A DNA stretch of 64,000 nt from Paludibacteraceae bacterium (GTDB lineage: Bacteria; Bacteroidota; Bacteroidia; Bacteroidales; Paludibacteraceae): contig JAFZPM010000003.1 of NCBI GenBank assembly GCA_017550335.1, forward strand, positions 15,040 to 79,039, written 5' to 3'. Position 1 is the first letter of the stretch. The number at the start of each line of letters is the position of its first letter. Made by a program: the position numbers and the translations under genes. Below, in pieces: positions 1-9,099 of the stretch. Below the pieces are notes generated by a model. That model saw only the letters and a program-made list of their open reading frames with translations, did not search any database and was not told the origin of the DNA.

Positions 1-2016
1 GGAGAAAAAGCAGGATCGCTTACCACAGGAAAGGAATACACCATCCGCATCAAAAAGGAGGGTCAGCATGTGCGTTGCTATCTCGACGGTGAGGCTATCA
101 TCGATGCCAATCTTCAGACATACGGTGCCCGTACCGTCTACACCTCAGCCAGCATCAACGATGAAACCAACACGATGTACATTAAGATAGTCAATCCTTC
201 CGGTAGCCAAAGGGATGTGACGCTTACCCTCACGGGTGGCCACGCCGAAACGGCTGAAGCGGAAATACTCTCCGCCTCCAGAGGCACCGACGAGAACACC
301 ACCTCGAATCCCCAACGCATCGTGCCTCGCACACAGCAACTGACCGTCAAGGATGATAACACGATAGCCTATGCATGTCCCGCCTATTCCGTAGGTGTGA
401 TACGCCTGCAGGTCAACGATATCACATCGTCACAACCTGACCCACTGCCAGAACCCGTTCTGAGCTTTAGCTTCGAAAGCGGTAAACCTATAGACGATGG
501 TGGCACATATACCTGCGAACTCAAGGGGAAGGCTTCCATCATCACCCTCGATGATGGTAACCATGTGCTCGCCACAGGAAGCAAGGGCGAGGGAAGCTAC
601 ATGGAGATACCCGTGACCGCCGCCCAACAGACGTTCGCCTCGATAAATGATTACACCATAAGTATCAATATGCTGCAGCGTGTCGGAAACAACACGGGCA
701 AGTTCTGCTGGGCATACTCTATGGAACGTGGCACCGACCAGTATATAGGCCTTGTCAATACGGGTGGCAACAGCGATTGGTACTACGAAATCAAGGACGA
801 AACCACCGAGGGAACGCACTCATATTCAGGCATCAGCATCGGCGACTGGCATAACATCACCTACACCCAACAGGGCAATGTCGGACGCATCTATGTTGAT
901 GGGCACCTCAAAAACGAAATAACCATGACGCTCAAGCCGTCATCGTTCATCAACGATATCACACATTTCACCATCGGTCACTCCCCTTTCAGTTCTGACG
1001 CGATCATGGAGAACGCCCTGTTCGATGACTTCCTTATCTTCGACACCGCCCTCACACCCGAGCAGGTGATGGAGATGGGACGATGCACGACCGCAATGCA
1101 GTACACCGAAGGCTACGATAATCCAGATGCCGAGCGTCAGGAGTTCAAGAACTTAGTGAAGGAGGTGAAGAACTACGTCAACGACAGCGGGGATGATGCG
1201 CTCAAGCAAGCCTACAACTCGGCGACACGAGTCCTCAACTCGTCCAGCTCCTCCGCCTCCGCGATCAACCGCGCATACGTGGATCTGAAGGAAGCGGTAG
1301 CCGCCTATCAGCAGGGTCAGTTGGCGCTCGCGCGAAGCGGTCAGTCAGCCAACCTCACCTTCCTCATCACCAACAGTTCCTTCACACGCTACAACGTGGG
1401 ATGGCAGGGCGCCGATCTCAGCGTCGCCTACAATGGCTATACCAACGAGACGGCGGAACAATATTCTCGCCCCTTCGATATCTGGCAAGAGATCGAAGGA
1501 CTTCCGGCAGGGACCTATGTCCTCACGTGCAAAGCCTTCTATCGAGCCGGTTCCATCGAAGCAGGCTATCAAGCATGGCGAAGCAATAGCAGTGCGACAC
1601 GCAACGCGCAACTCTATGCGAATGAGGTCACCGCCACAGTGCCTAATCTGTACAGCTCTTCCGCCTACACGTACAACTCCTACACCTACCCGGACAACCT
1701 CACACAGGCCTCCGCCGCGCTCAATGACGCAAACGCCTATGCGCCTGTTTCCGTAAGCATTGACCTCAATGAGGGTGAGCCTTTACGGTTGGGTATCCGC
1801 AAGCAAGCGATAGTATCCTCCGACTGGGTAGCATATGACCACTTCCAACTCCACTATGTGGGAGGCACGACAGGCGTGGAAGAGGTCAGCTCCGAATCTT
1901 CCAACGGCTCCGTCTATGATCTCCATGGCCGTTTCGTCCGCAAAATCCCTGAAAATCTAGAGGATATGCCTAAGGGCGTGTATATCATCAAGGGGGAGAA
2001 GGTATTGGTGAAATAA
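1..2016 (+). CDS. secreted glycan-active protein, 5'-truncated at the window edge (arabinofuranosidase-type C-terminal beta-sandwich, LamG/concanavalin-like domain, T9SS C-terminal sorting domain)
   Basis: Frame 1 is open from nt 1 (GEKAGSLTTGKEYTIRIKKEGQH precedes the listed Met at 70), so the gene starts upstream. 'TLTLTGG..AEILSA..NPQRIVP' resembles the GH51-type C-terminal sandwich. 'WHNITYTQQGNVGRIYVDGHLKNE' is LamG-like. The C-terminus 'VYDLHGRFVRK..GVYIIKGEKVLVK' looks like a Por/T9SS CTD. Confidence 0.6.
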   Translation, partial: GEKAGSLTTGKEYTIRIKKEGQHVRCYLDGEAIIDANLQTYGARTVYTSASINDETNTMYIKIVNPSGSQRDVTLTLTGGHAETAEAEILSASRGTDENTTSNPQRIVPRTQQLTVKDDNTIAYACPAYSVGVIRLQVNDITSSQPDPLPEPVLSFSFESGKPIDDGGTYTCELKGKASIITLDDGNHVLATGSKGEGSYMEIPVTAAQQTFASINDYTISINMLQRVGNNTGKFCWAYSMERGTDQYIGLVNTGGNSDWYYEIKDETTEGTHSYSGISIGDWHNITYTQQGNVGRIYVDGHLKNEITMTLKPSSFINDITHFTIGHSPFSSDAIMENALFDDFLIFDTALTPEQVMEMGRCTTAMQYTEGYDNPDAERQEFKNLVKEVKNYVNDSGDDALKQAYNSATRVLNSSSSSASAINRAYVDLKEAVAAYQQGQLALARSGQSANLTFLITNSSFTRYNVGWQGADLSVAYNGYTNETAEQYSRPFDIWQEIEGLPAGTYVLTCKAFYRAGSIEAGYQAWRSNSSATRNAQLYANEVTATVPNLYSSSAYTYNSYTYPDNLTQASAALNDANAYAPVSVSIDLNEGEPLRLGIRKQAIVSSDWVAYDHFQLHYVGGTTGVEEVSSESSNGSVYDLHGRFVRKIPENLEDMPKGVYIIKGEKVLVK

Positions 2017-2056
2017 TCCAGCCGACACGTAGTAAGAACTTGAAAAAACATTGTAT

Positions 2057-2908
2057 ATGGCAAAGAAAGTATTTTCAATTTTATTGGTATTATGCTGTGT
2101 CTTCAATTCCTTTTCTGAGGAAATGAACATGGAGTGGGTTCATAAAGATGAGGCTTTTCTTCGTTCCACATTGGATTTTATAGAGAAGAACGATTTTACG
2201 GATAGCTCTATTCGAAAATTTACTGGAATTGTGAATGATAATCCAATTCAGCTTGGGTTTGGACTCCAACAGTATTCAAGAACAACCAATGGGGGAGGAT
2301 ATATGACAGTGAGCTGTCGTTATGTCGTCTTTAGGGAACAACCTATTAAGTTGATTGTTTCAATCTATGGTTACGACCGTATTGAAAACCTTATCGGGGC
2401 AGATCTGCAAGAACGATATTCCAGACTGTTTTTGAGGGGTACATATAGATACGAGAATGACCTTAATTATGAAAAATACAAGAGCTATAAAAAGGAAATA
2501 GTGGGCGAATGTGAGGCTGTTGTAATCCCCCAAGAATATAAGAAGTATTATGATCGTCTGTATAATGCGGATGGTACCGATATGTATGGTTATTATGTGG
2601 GTATTGCTGGTAGTAAACCTGCTGGTAGAGAAGCCATGGAGAAGTTGCTAAAGCTAAACGACAAGGTTGTTTTTATTTCTTTGTTGAAAGGGGATAGTCC
2701 CACAGGTAGAATATATGCGGCGGAGGGTCTCCTTCGTCTTGAAAACAGCAAGGAAAATGTAGATTTGATAAACCAAATATTCTCGACGTTGGTCAGGAAT
2801 GGCATTAGGTATACGACCTCAAATGGATGTATCATCATGGGCGAGGAGTATGAGTATTATAAATATGATCGTAATCGCAAGTTCCCTGAGATTGACGACA
2901 AAGAGTGA
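2057..2908 (+). CDS. hypothetical secreted protein (low-GC gene)
   Basis: The ORF track starts at TTG 2051; the first ATG at 2057 gives MAKKVFSILLVLCCVFNSFSEE, a signal-peptide-like N-terminus. No family recognised. Sampled lines are about 37% GC versus about 50-58% in the neighbouring gene. Confidence 0.5.
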   Translation: MAKKVFSILLVLCCVFNSFSEEMNMEWVHKDEAFLRSTLDFIEKNDFTDSSIRKFTGIVNDNPIQLGFGLQQYSRTTNGGGYMTVSCRYVVFREQPIKLIVSIYGYDRIENLIGADLQERYSRLFLRGTYRYENDLNYEKYKSYKKEIVGECEAVVIPQEYKKYYDRLYNADGTDMYGYYVGIAGSKPAGREAMEKLLKLNDKVVFISLLKGDSPTGRIYAAEGLLRLENSKENVDLINQIFSTLVRNGIRYTTSNGCIIMGEEYEYYKYDRNRKFPEIDDKE

Positions 2909-3185
2909 CAAGAGAGCCTGACTGACCTTTCCTCCGTTAAGCTAGAAACGGTCGTATGCTTTGTGCGCAACACGCCAAGGGAACCAAGGAACAGTTCCAG
3001 GAAGGCAGATGTATCGGAGAAATTCCAGACTTTCCCCTCAAAGATTATGCGATGGAATCCTTATCTTTCTTAAATTTATCACTATTTTTGTTACCGAAGA
3101 CATGTATGGGGAATATCGGATGCGTATTCGACGTACCATAGATTCCATTAGCCTATAAATACTTATATATTAATTAATTATCCGT

Positions 3186-4712
3186 ATGAAAAAGAAAGTT
3201 TTCGTTATCCTGACATCGCTTATGGCATGTGCATGGACAGCAGTATACGCCCAAGGGAGAGAATTGGACGTGAAACGTATAGAGATAGAAAAGGAGTCGT
3301 CGATCACCTTCCTAAGCTGTGATCCCATCGGGAAGAAAGGATTGGTCCTGACCACAAAGGAGAAGGATAAACAAAAGGGTGCGAAGAAGGATCATGACAT
3401 GCTGACATTCAGCAAATATGACACATTGCTGAACAAGGTACAGGATATTGACGTCAACTTCCAAGAAGATGGGGAGGTGCGACAATCCACGGCAGGAGGG
3501 AACCTATATCGGGTGGCGATGACCAGGAAGGGCCAATACGAGTTTCTTTTCCTGGATGGAGAGAACATGCAGCCGAAACTATTCAACGGAGAGATTGGGA
3601 AGAAGACAAACATGATATATAACCGTGTAGTGGGAGACTATCTATACATCGCAGGTGAACAAAGCGACTTGCCGTTCGTATACAGCATCAATGCAAGGAC
3701 AGGCGAGAAAAACATGATCAACATACCTGTGACAAACAAACGACGCTACGTCTTCATGTCTTTTGAGGCGGACGAAGACCATAACGAAGCCCATCTGTTC
3801 ATCAAAGAGAAGGAGAAGGAAGGATACGTGATCAAGCTATACGTGTTCAGCAATGGCAAGATGGATAAGAACTACACGTTCGCTCCGGATGCGGAAGATA
3901 AGTTCCCTGCCACAGCGTTCGCCTCTAAAATGGACGATGGGTCATACATCATATCCGGCACCTATTCCGACAAGGACATCAAATCGACTGACCGCTCAAT
4001 AGGTATCTTCCTGAAAAAGATCGAGAACGGGAAGACCATCTTCTCCACCTACACCAACTATCTTGACCTGACGAACTTCACCTCCTATATGACCAAACGC
4101 AGACAAGAGAGGGTAGAGCGTAAAAAGGAAAGAAAGGCCGAAAAGAATGAAGAATATACGATCAACTACAATATGATTCCGAACAAAGTGATAGAGGACA
4201 ATGGGAAGTATCTATTGGTCGGGGAAGCCTACTATCCGACATACATCATGGAATCATACACCGTCATGGTCGGCACCGGAAACGGCGGCATGGTGCCACG
4301 AACCCAGTGGAGAATGGTGTTCGACGGATTTGCCTACACGCACTATTTCGTGATCGAATTTGACTCGAAAGGCGCTATGGGATGGTCCAACGCCGCCCCG
4401 ATAGAGGTCCAGAAAAGCTGGATTCCTCATCGCCACCTTTCCGTGAGCAAAGACACCAAGTCGCTCGACATTATCTATCCTTCATTCGGGAAGATGAACC
4501 ATGTAGCGTACGGAAACGGCGGTGAAGAATTGAATAAGGAGGAGATCCAGTATGTGGACGATGACCAGAAACTGAAACGATACTCCGGCCTTGACACGCG
4601 GTTCTGGTACGGAAACACTTTCTTGTCCTCAGGGCAACTGAAGATCAAGGACGACGACGGAAGAAGACGCATTTACAGCATCAACAAGATAACGTTCGGG
4701 AAGAAACCCTGA
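3186..4712 (+). CDS. hypothetical secreted protein
   Basis: 508-aa ORF with a signal peptide (MKKKVFVILTSLMACAWTAVYAQG) and an internal charged stretch (KRRQERVERKKERKAEKNEE). No family recognised. Confidence 0.55.
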   Translation: MKKKVFVILTSLMACAWTAVYAQGRELDVKRIEIEKESSITFLSCDPIGKKGLVLTTKEKDKQKGAKKDHDMLTFSKYDTLLNKVQDIDVNFQEDGEVRQSTAGGNLYRVAMTRKGQYEFLFLDGENMQPKLFNGEIGKKTNMIYNRVVGDYLYIAGEQSDLPFVYSINARTGEKNMINIPVTNKRRYVFMSFEADEDHNEAHLFIKEKEKEGYVIKLYVFSNGKMDKNYTFAPDAEDKFPATAFASKMDDGSYIISGTYSDKDIKSTDRSIGIFLKKIENGKTIFSTYTNYLDLTNFTSYMTKRRQERVERKKERKAEKNEEYTINYNMIPNKVIEDNGKYLLVGEAYYPTYIMESYTVMVGTGNGGMVPRTQWRMVFDGFAYTHYFVIEFDSKGAMGWSNAAPIEVQKSWIPHRHLSVSKDTKSLDIIYPSFGKMNHVAYGNGGEELNKEEIQYVDDDQKLKRYSGLDTRFWYGNTFLSSGQLKIKDDDGRRRIYSINKITFGKKP

Positions 4713-4897
4713 ATAAATTCTTGCCCACACATAACAGGGGAGCAGGGAGCTGAGGCTTCTTGCTCCCTTTCGAATATACGGACATGAGCATCGGGGAGAT
4801 CCTATGCGCCTTTCCTGTTTTTATTATTATTTTTGCAAACAGATACGTGTGTATATCCTCTGGATTTTCGGTAAAACAGAATAATAATTCATAGCCT

Positions 4898-5239
4898 ATG
4901 GCAACCATTAACGTATACGAGAGATACTACGAGGCGGATCTCATGGCGAACGGAGTGCAACGCAACGGCGCGTTAGTCATGCTGATATCCGACTCCGAAG
5001 GCGGGAACATCCGCTACGAGGCGGCGGTCACCTTTTTCCCGCACAAAAGCGCGGACGATTTCGCGGTGTCGTACGACGCCTATTACAGTGAAATCCTTTT
5101 CGAGGCGAAAGGAAGACGTTCCAAGAAAAGGGAAGAGAAACTGCTCTCCGAGTTGGAGCAACACATCACCGCATTGGCGGAGAAAGCCGGCGGCCAACTG
5201 TTCTGGGACAAGCCCATCGGAGAAGAGAGGAGAGGTTGA
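4898..5239 (+). CDS. hypothetical protein (113 aa)
   Basis: Clean ORF preceded by TATTTTTG (4828-4835). No family recognised. Confidence 0.4.
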   Translation: MATINVYERYYEADLMANGVQRNGALVMLISDSEGGNIRYEAAVTFFPHKSADDFAVSYDAYYSEILFEAKGRRSKKREEKLLSELEQHITALAEKAGGQLFWDKPIGEERRG

Positions 5240-5278
5240 GGAACAAGGGAAAGAGGGCATGGATTTGCCTCCCTCCCA

Positions 5279-6130
5279 TCATTTGCTGGTATAGCTATCC
5301 TTCGTGATCACATCGATCTTACCACCTCTCATGTGCTCCTTCACCACCTTCCTGAAATAGAAGCTGTAGCCCTTTATCTGACGGATCGTCTGCAAGGAGA
5401 AGAACTTCTGCGAGATAGGGCGTTGGTAAGCGTGCTGGATGGAGACATACGGGAGGTAGACCGTCTTGTATCCCACGGTCGTCAGTCGGCGGCAGAAATC
5501 CGCATCCTCAGGTCCATAGAAGATCCTATCATCTAGGAAGCCCACCTTCACCTGCGCCTTCCTACGAATCAGCTGGCAGGCGCCGATCACGAAATCGACC
5601 ACCAACGGCTCAGTACCCTCCGTCTGGGTGGCAGGGTAAAGCGTCTTGTTATAGGAATCCTCGAAGATGTTATACCCATAGCGCGCCATGATGTTATGCA
5701 GACCGCTCTTCGTGATGCCCACACGGGTAGGGAAATGTTTACAGCTCGCCTGAGGCAAACCATCCTGTCCGATCAGCTTACAGCCGCACACGCCGACATC
5801 CTCATGGTTATCCATATAGTCGACCATCGCGCGGAAAGCCTCTTCATTCATCTCCGTGTCACTGTCCAGGAAGAGGACATATTCGCTCAGGGAATTCACG
5901 ATGCCCATGTTACGCGCCGCCGCCACTCCCTGGTTGTTGGCGCAGGATATAATCTTCACAGACGGGTATGAATATGAAATAGCGGCCCGGCTTTCATCAA
6001 CCGAAGCGTTATCCACGTAAATGATCTCCACGCTCGGATCGTCCATCAGGAATTCCAATGAAGCAAAATTCTTCTGCAAATAATGCCAAGAGTTATGCCC
6101 AATGACAATTATAGCTACTTTTATTCTCAT
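5279..6130 (-). CDS. glycosyltransferase family 2
   Basis: N-terminal 'VAIIVIGHNSWHYL', 'VDNASVDES' and 'LFLDSDTE' (DxD) are typical of GT2/GT-A fold enzymes. Confidence 0.8.
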   Translation of the reverse strand: MRIKVAIIVIGHNSWHYLQKNFASLEFLMDDPSVEIIYVDNASVDESRAAISYSYPSVKIISCANNQGVAAARNMGIVNSLSEYVLFLDSDTEMNEEAFRAMVDYMDNHEDVGVCGCKLIGQDGLPQASCKHFPTRVGITKSGLHNIMARYGYNIFEDSYNKTLYPATQTEGTEPLVVDFVIGACQLIRRKAQVKVGFLDDRIFYGPEDADFCRRLTTVGYKTVYLPYVSIQHAYQRPISQKFFSLQTIRQIKGYSFYFRKVVKEHMRGGKIDVITKDSYTSK

Positions 6131-6312
6131 AATCCTTTAAATAATCCTCTAAAAAAAGTGTAATACATTTTTCATAAAGGCCTTCCCAGATATCTCCTAA
6201 CTATCTGAAACAGCCATACTAGCAGTTGCATTCAATAAAATCAGTGGTACGAGATTCTAAAATCACCTTTCATCGTACATTGCTCAACAAACCCAGCTCA
6301 CGCTAGATTCCG

Positions 6313-6320
6313 CAAATATA
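6313..6320 (-). promoter_or_regulatory. candidate Bacteroidetes -7 promoter box (TATATTTG) upstream of the GT2 gene
   Basis: The reverse complement of caaatata matches TAnnTTTG. It lies about 180 nt upstream of the start at 6130. Confidence 0.35.
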
Positions 6321-6447
6321 CAAATAATTCATCTCCACATCATGAACACCACTAAATTCGCAACATTTCTTATCCAATGGATACAAATGATTACACCCAT
6401 GCATTAAATCAAGAAAATACCCACGACATCCACAACCACGCATGGAT

Positions 6448-7794
6448 TCACTCTATATGCACGTCTCCGTCACTCTCCTCATCATCACTCTCCTCATCAT
6501 CGTCATCATTATCCCTATGGTTAATACGATATGGTTTGGTCCCCGCATACGAAGTCAATGATTTAAACTCCTTCCATTCCGGCTCGGTCAGGACGGTTAT
6601 GTATTGCTTAGGAGCCAGACGGGCCACCTGTTCCCTACTCCTGTCGATACGCTCCTGAGTGGCGGGATGGTCGGAGAAGAAGCCGATGTCATCGATGATG
6701 CTTCCGCTCAACAACTTATTCATAAACGAAGAGAAACCGGAAGGGTCTATATCCGCATTGTAAAGATACCTGACAGACAAGGTGTCGGCCTCACGCTCCG
6801 CCTTACGGCTCAGATGGTTGGTGGTCATCTCCGTCATGAGGTTGGAGGTGTTCCCGAAGAAGGCGGAGAAGATCAGACTGATTCCCACGTTCTTTTTCAC
6901 GGACTCCCTCACGTGGTCACGCTCGATATGCCCCAACTCATGTCCGATGACGGCAAGCAGTTCGTTCTCCGTCTCGCAGGTCTCGACCAACTTGGAGAAG
7001 ACGACCAAGTTGCGCCCGCAATAGGCGAACGCGTTGACCTGATTACTCTTGACCAAATAGACGTTCACGCTATCGATGCCATTCTTCTCGCATATATGGT
7101 CCACGCACTTCCGCAAGGCCGCCGAAGCCTTATCCTCGTCCACCTCATGTCCATTCACATACCTGTCGTAGATGGACTCCTCAATGATCGGGAAGAGCGA
7201 GAGATTAGGATACTCGATTTTCTGGGAGGAAAGACCCAAGGATATCAATAGGAACAAGCCGAGCAACGAACCTGCGGAGACAGCCACATCACGAACAAAC
7301 TTAGGCTTGGCCTCCTGCGCCAGTTTCTCATACACCAAATCCGCAGGCACCCACATACGTTGCCACACATCCCACGATTTCTTTCCACAAAACATATGGC
7401 ACAGAGGTGAAATCATAACCCAATTCACCTCCTTGTCCTTCTTAATCTTAAGACAGCAGACGATGGACAAAAGGATTTCCGCCACATTGAGGATGACCGC
7501 CAAGACATAATAGGCGACGAGGTAGTTGTTGAGCTGCCACTCGTCCCAAACCAACTGCCACACGGAATACCAAGTGAATGAGTTCATGAAGAAAAGAGGC
7601 AACTGCGACACGAAAGCGTTCATGCTGTGCCACCTCGTGAGGTACGTGGACTTCCTACGACGGATGTAATAGATGATATTCGCTATCAGATTGATGATAG
7701 GAATAGGCGTCGTCGTGGCAAAAACCGCCAACGACATCAAGTAACCGTTTACCGCAGACTCCTTTTCGCTTTCGCTTAACTTATATGCGTCCAT
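6448..7794 (-). CDS. M48-family zinc metallopeptidase with a multi-pass N-terminal membrane domain and an acidic C-terminal tail
   Basis: HExxH motif 'IGHELGHIERDH'. Several hydrophobic segments in the first ~190 aa. C-terminal 'NHRDNDDDDEESDDEESDGD'. Confidence 0.8.
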   Translation of the reverse strand: MDAYKLSESEKESAVNGYLMSLAVFATTTPIPIINLIANIIYYIRRRKSTYLTRWHSMNAFVSQLPLFFMNSFTWYSVWQLVWDEWQLNNYLVAYYVLAVILNVAEILLSIVCCLKIKKDKEVNWVMISPLCHMFCGKKSWDVWQRMWVPADLVYEKLAQEAKPKFVRDVAVSAGSLLGLFLLISLGLSSQKIEYPNLSLFPIIEESIYDRYVNGHEVDEDKASAALRKCVDHICEKNGIDSVNVYLVKSNQVNAFAYCGRNLVVFSKLVETCETENELLAVIGHELGHIERDHVRESVKKNVGISLIFSAFFGNTSNLMTEMTTNHLSRKAEREADTLSVRYLYNADIDPSGFSSFMNKLLSGSIIDDIGFFSDHPATQERIDRSREQVARLAPKQYITVLTEPEWKEFKSLTSYAGTKPYRINHRDNDDDDEESDDEESDGDVHIE

Positions 7795-8203
7795 ATAACG
7801 AACTTATTATCAAATATATCCAATCAATAGCTATGATAAGAAACAATATCCAGCCCCACTTGCCATTCCTGACATACTCCTCGAACCCGCACCATAACTC
7901 ATAACACCTGTCCGCCTTGAGCGCCAAGAGGATAGGAGAAACGACCAACATCGGCAACGCCAACAGAACCATCGGGTTCAGACCCACGGCGGTGGCGAAC
8001 TCCCCCTTCAGCATCAGGAGGATAGACGTGGTCAATCCGCAACCCGGACATGGCAAGCTGGTAATTCTCCGGAACGGGCAAACGATGAAACCATTCCCCT
8101 CCCCCATCCACATGTTAATCGCCAACCATACATAGGCGACGAGCAACAAGGCGACCGAGAAAAGGAGAAAGGCACGCTTTGACTTGAAAGAGCCCAATGT
8201 CAC
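7781..8203 (-). CDS. DUF2752 domain membrane protein
   Basis: 'CPFRRITSLPCPGCGLTTS' is the CxxC-containing signature I associate with DUF2752. Small multi-TM protein. Overlaps the M48 gene start by 14 nt. Confidence 0.65.
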   Translation of the reverse strand: MTLGSFKSKRAFLLFSVALLLVAYVWLAINMWMGEGNGFIVCPFRRITSLPCPGCGLTTSILLMLKGEFATAVGLNPMVLLALPMLVVSPILLALKADRCYELWCGFEEYVRNGKWGWILFLIIAIDWIYLIISSLYGRI

Positions 8204-8224
8204 ACAAACTTACGAATGACGAGG

Positions 8225-8833
8225 TCACTCGTCACTCTTCGTGTAATCAGTATATCCCTGAGGAGCATATGAAGAATAGTCTGACTTCGGCGCATAATCA
8301 CTAGGATTCTCCTCTCCCGGCATATGAGCTGAAGATTGCTCAGGCAAACTGATAGGCGCCTCTCCGAAATTAGAGCCTTGAGAGGAAGCCTGAGGCTGGG
8401 AAGAACCGTAATTCTCTGTTCCCTCATACCCCACGGAACTCTTCGGACGGGCATCCTGTGAAGGCCTTTCCGTCTTATTCGAATACCTGTTGATCAGGGT
8501 GATGATCTTATTCGCATTATAATCCCTTGTTTCGCCCATGATAAGGAAGAAATCAACGATCGTCCATATACCGAAGCCACCACAAGTCAGCAACTTAAGG
8601 ATTCCGATACCAACCTGCCCCAACACGAAACGGTCGATTCCAAGCGCACCTCCACCAATAGAGACAAGCATCATGTGGATAGGCTTCTTAAAGTCCGCTC
8701 CCAAAACGAGCGGTGCCTTCTCGTCCGGAACCATCTCCAAACCCTCTGAGATCTTCGCCAAATGGAAATCATCGAAACAGCCCGAATTGTGAGCCATGAA
8801 ATAGGATATCCAATCTTTATTCATATAATTCAA
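8225..8833 (-). CDS. TM2 domain-containing membrane protein with a disordered S/P/Q/Y-rich C-terminal tail
   Basis: 'GGGALGIDRFVLGQVGIGILKLLTCGGFGIWTIVDFFLI' matches the TM2 two-helix motif. The C-terminal ~85 aa are low complexity. Confidence 0.7.
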   Translation of the reverse strand: MNYMNKDWISYFMAHNSGCFDDFHLAKISEGLEMVPDEKAPLVLGADFKKPIHMMLVSIGGGALGIDRFVLGQVGIGILKLLTCGGFGIWTIVDFFLIMGETRDYNANKIITLINRYSNKTERPSQDARPKSSVGYEGTENYGSSQPQASSQGSNFGEAPISLPEQSSAHMPGEENPSDYAPKSDYSSYAPQGYTDYTKSDE

Positions 8834-9042
8834 AAATTAAATTTAAATGCCACTAAAATAAATGAGGAACAAATTCCACGATTAATCTCACAAAGATAAT
8901 ATTTCCCATTAATCAATAACCCTAAATGATAAAATAAATTATCATCATGAGGCCATATTATTTAAAAAATATATCGATAAGCTAAAGGATAAAGCGATCA
9001 TGATCCCCATCACAGCGTGCGGTAACCCTGTGACAACAAACA

Positions 9043-9078
9043 GGGAGGGGGACTATCACCAAGGACAGTCCCCCCCCC
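9043..9078 (-). terminator. terminator-like GC hairpin containing a G9/C9 homopolymer, downstream of the alpha-2-macroglobulin gene
   Basis: GGGAGGGGGAC (9043-9053) pairs with GTCCCCCCCCC (9068-9078). On the minus strand the hairpin is followed only by a weak U-rich stretch (tgtttgttg). Confidence 0.45.
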
Positions 9079-9099
9079 GAATCATTTTTGAACTATTCA

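Noticed and set aside
6377-6658. Ser/Leu-rich 93-aa plus-strand ORF.
   Set aside because: It is the antisense reading of the poly-acidic (D/E/S) C-terminal tail of the M48 peptidase. Its low-complexity sequence is an artefact.
9070-9078. C9 homopolymer (and C7 at 56993-56999) as phase-variation switches.
   Set aside because: Both are intergenic and not within a reading frame or an obvious promoter spacer. The C9 run is simply one arm of the terminator-like hairpin after the A2M gene.
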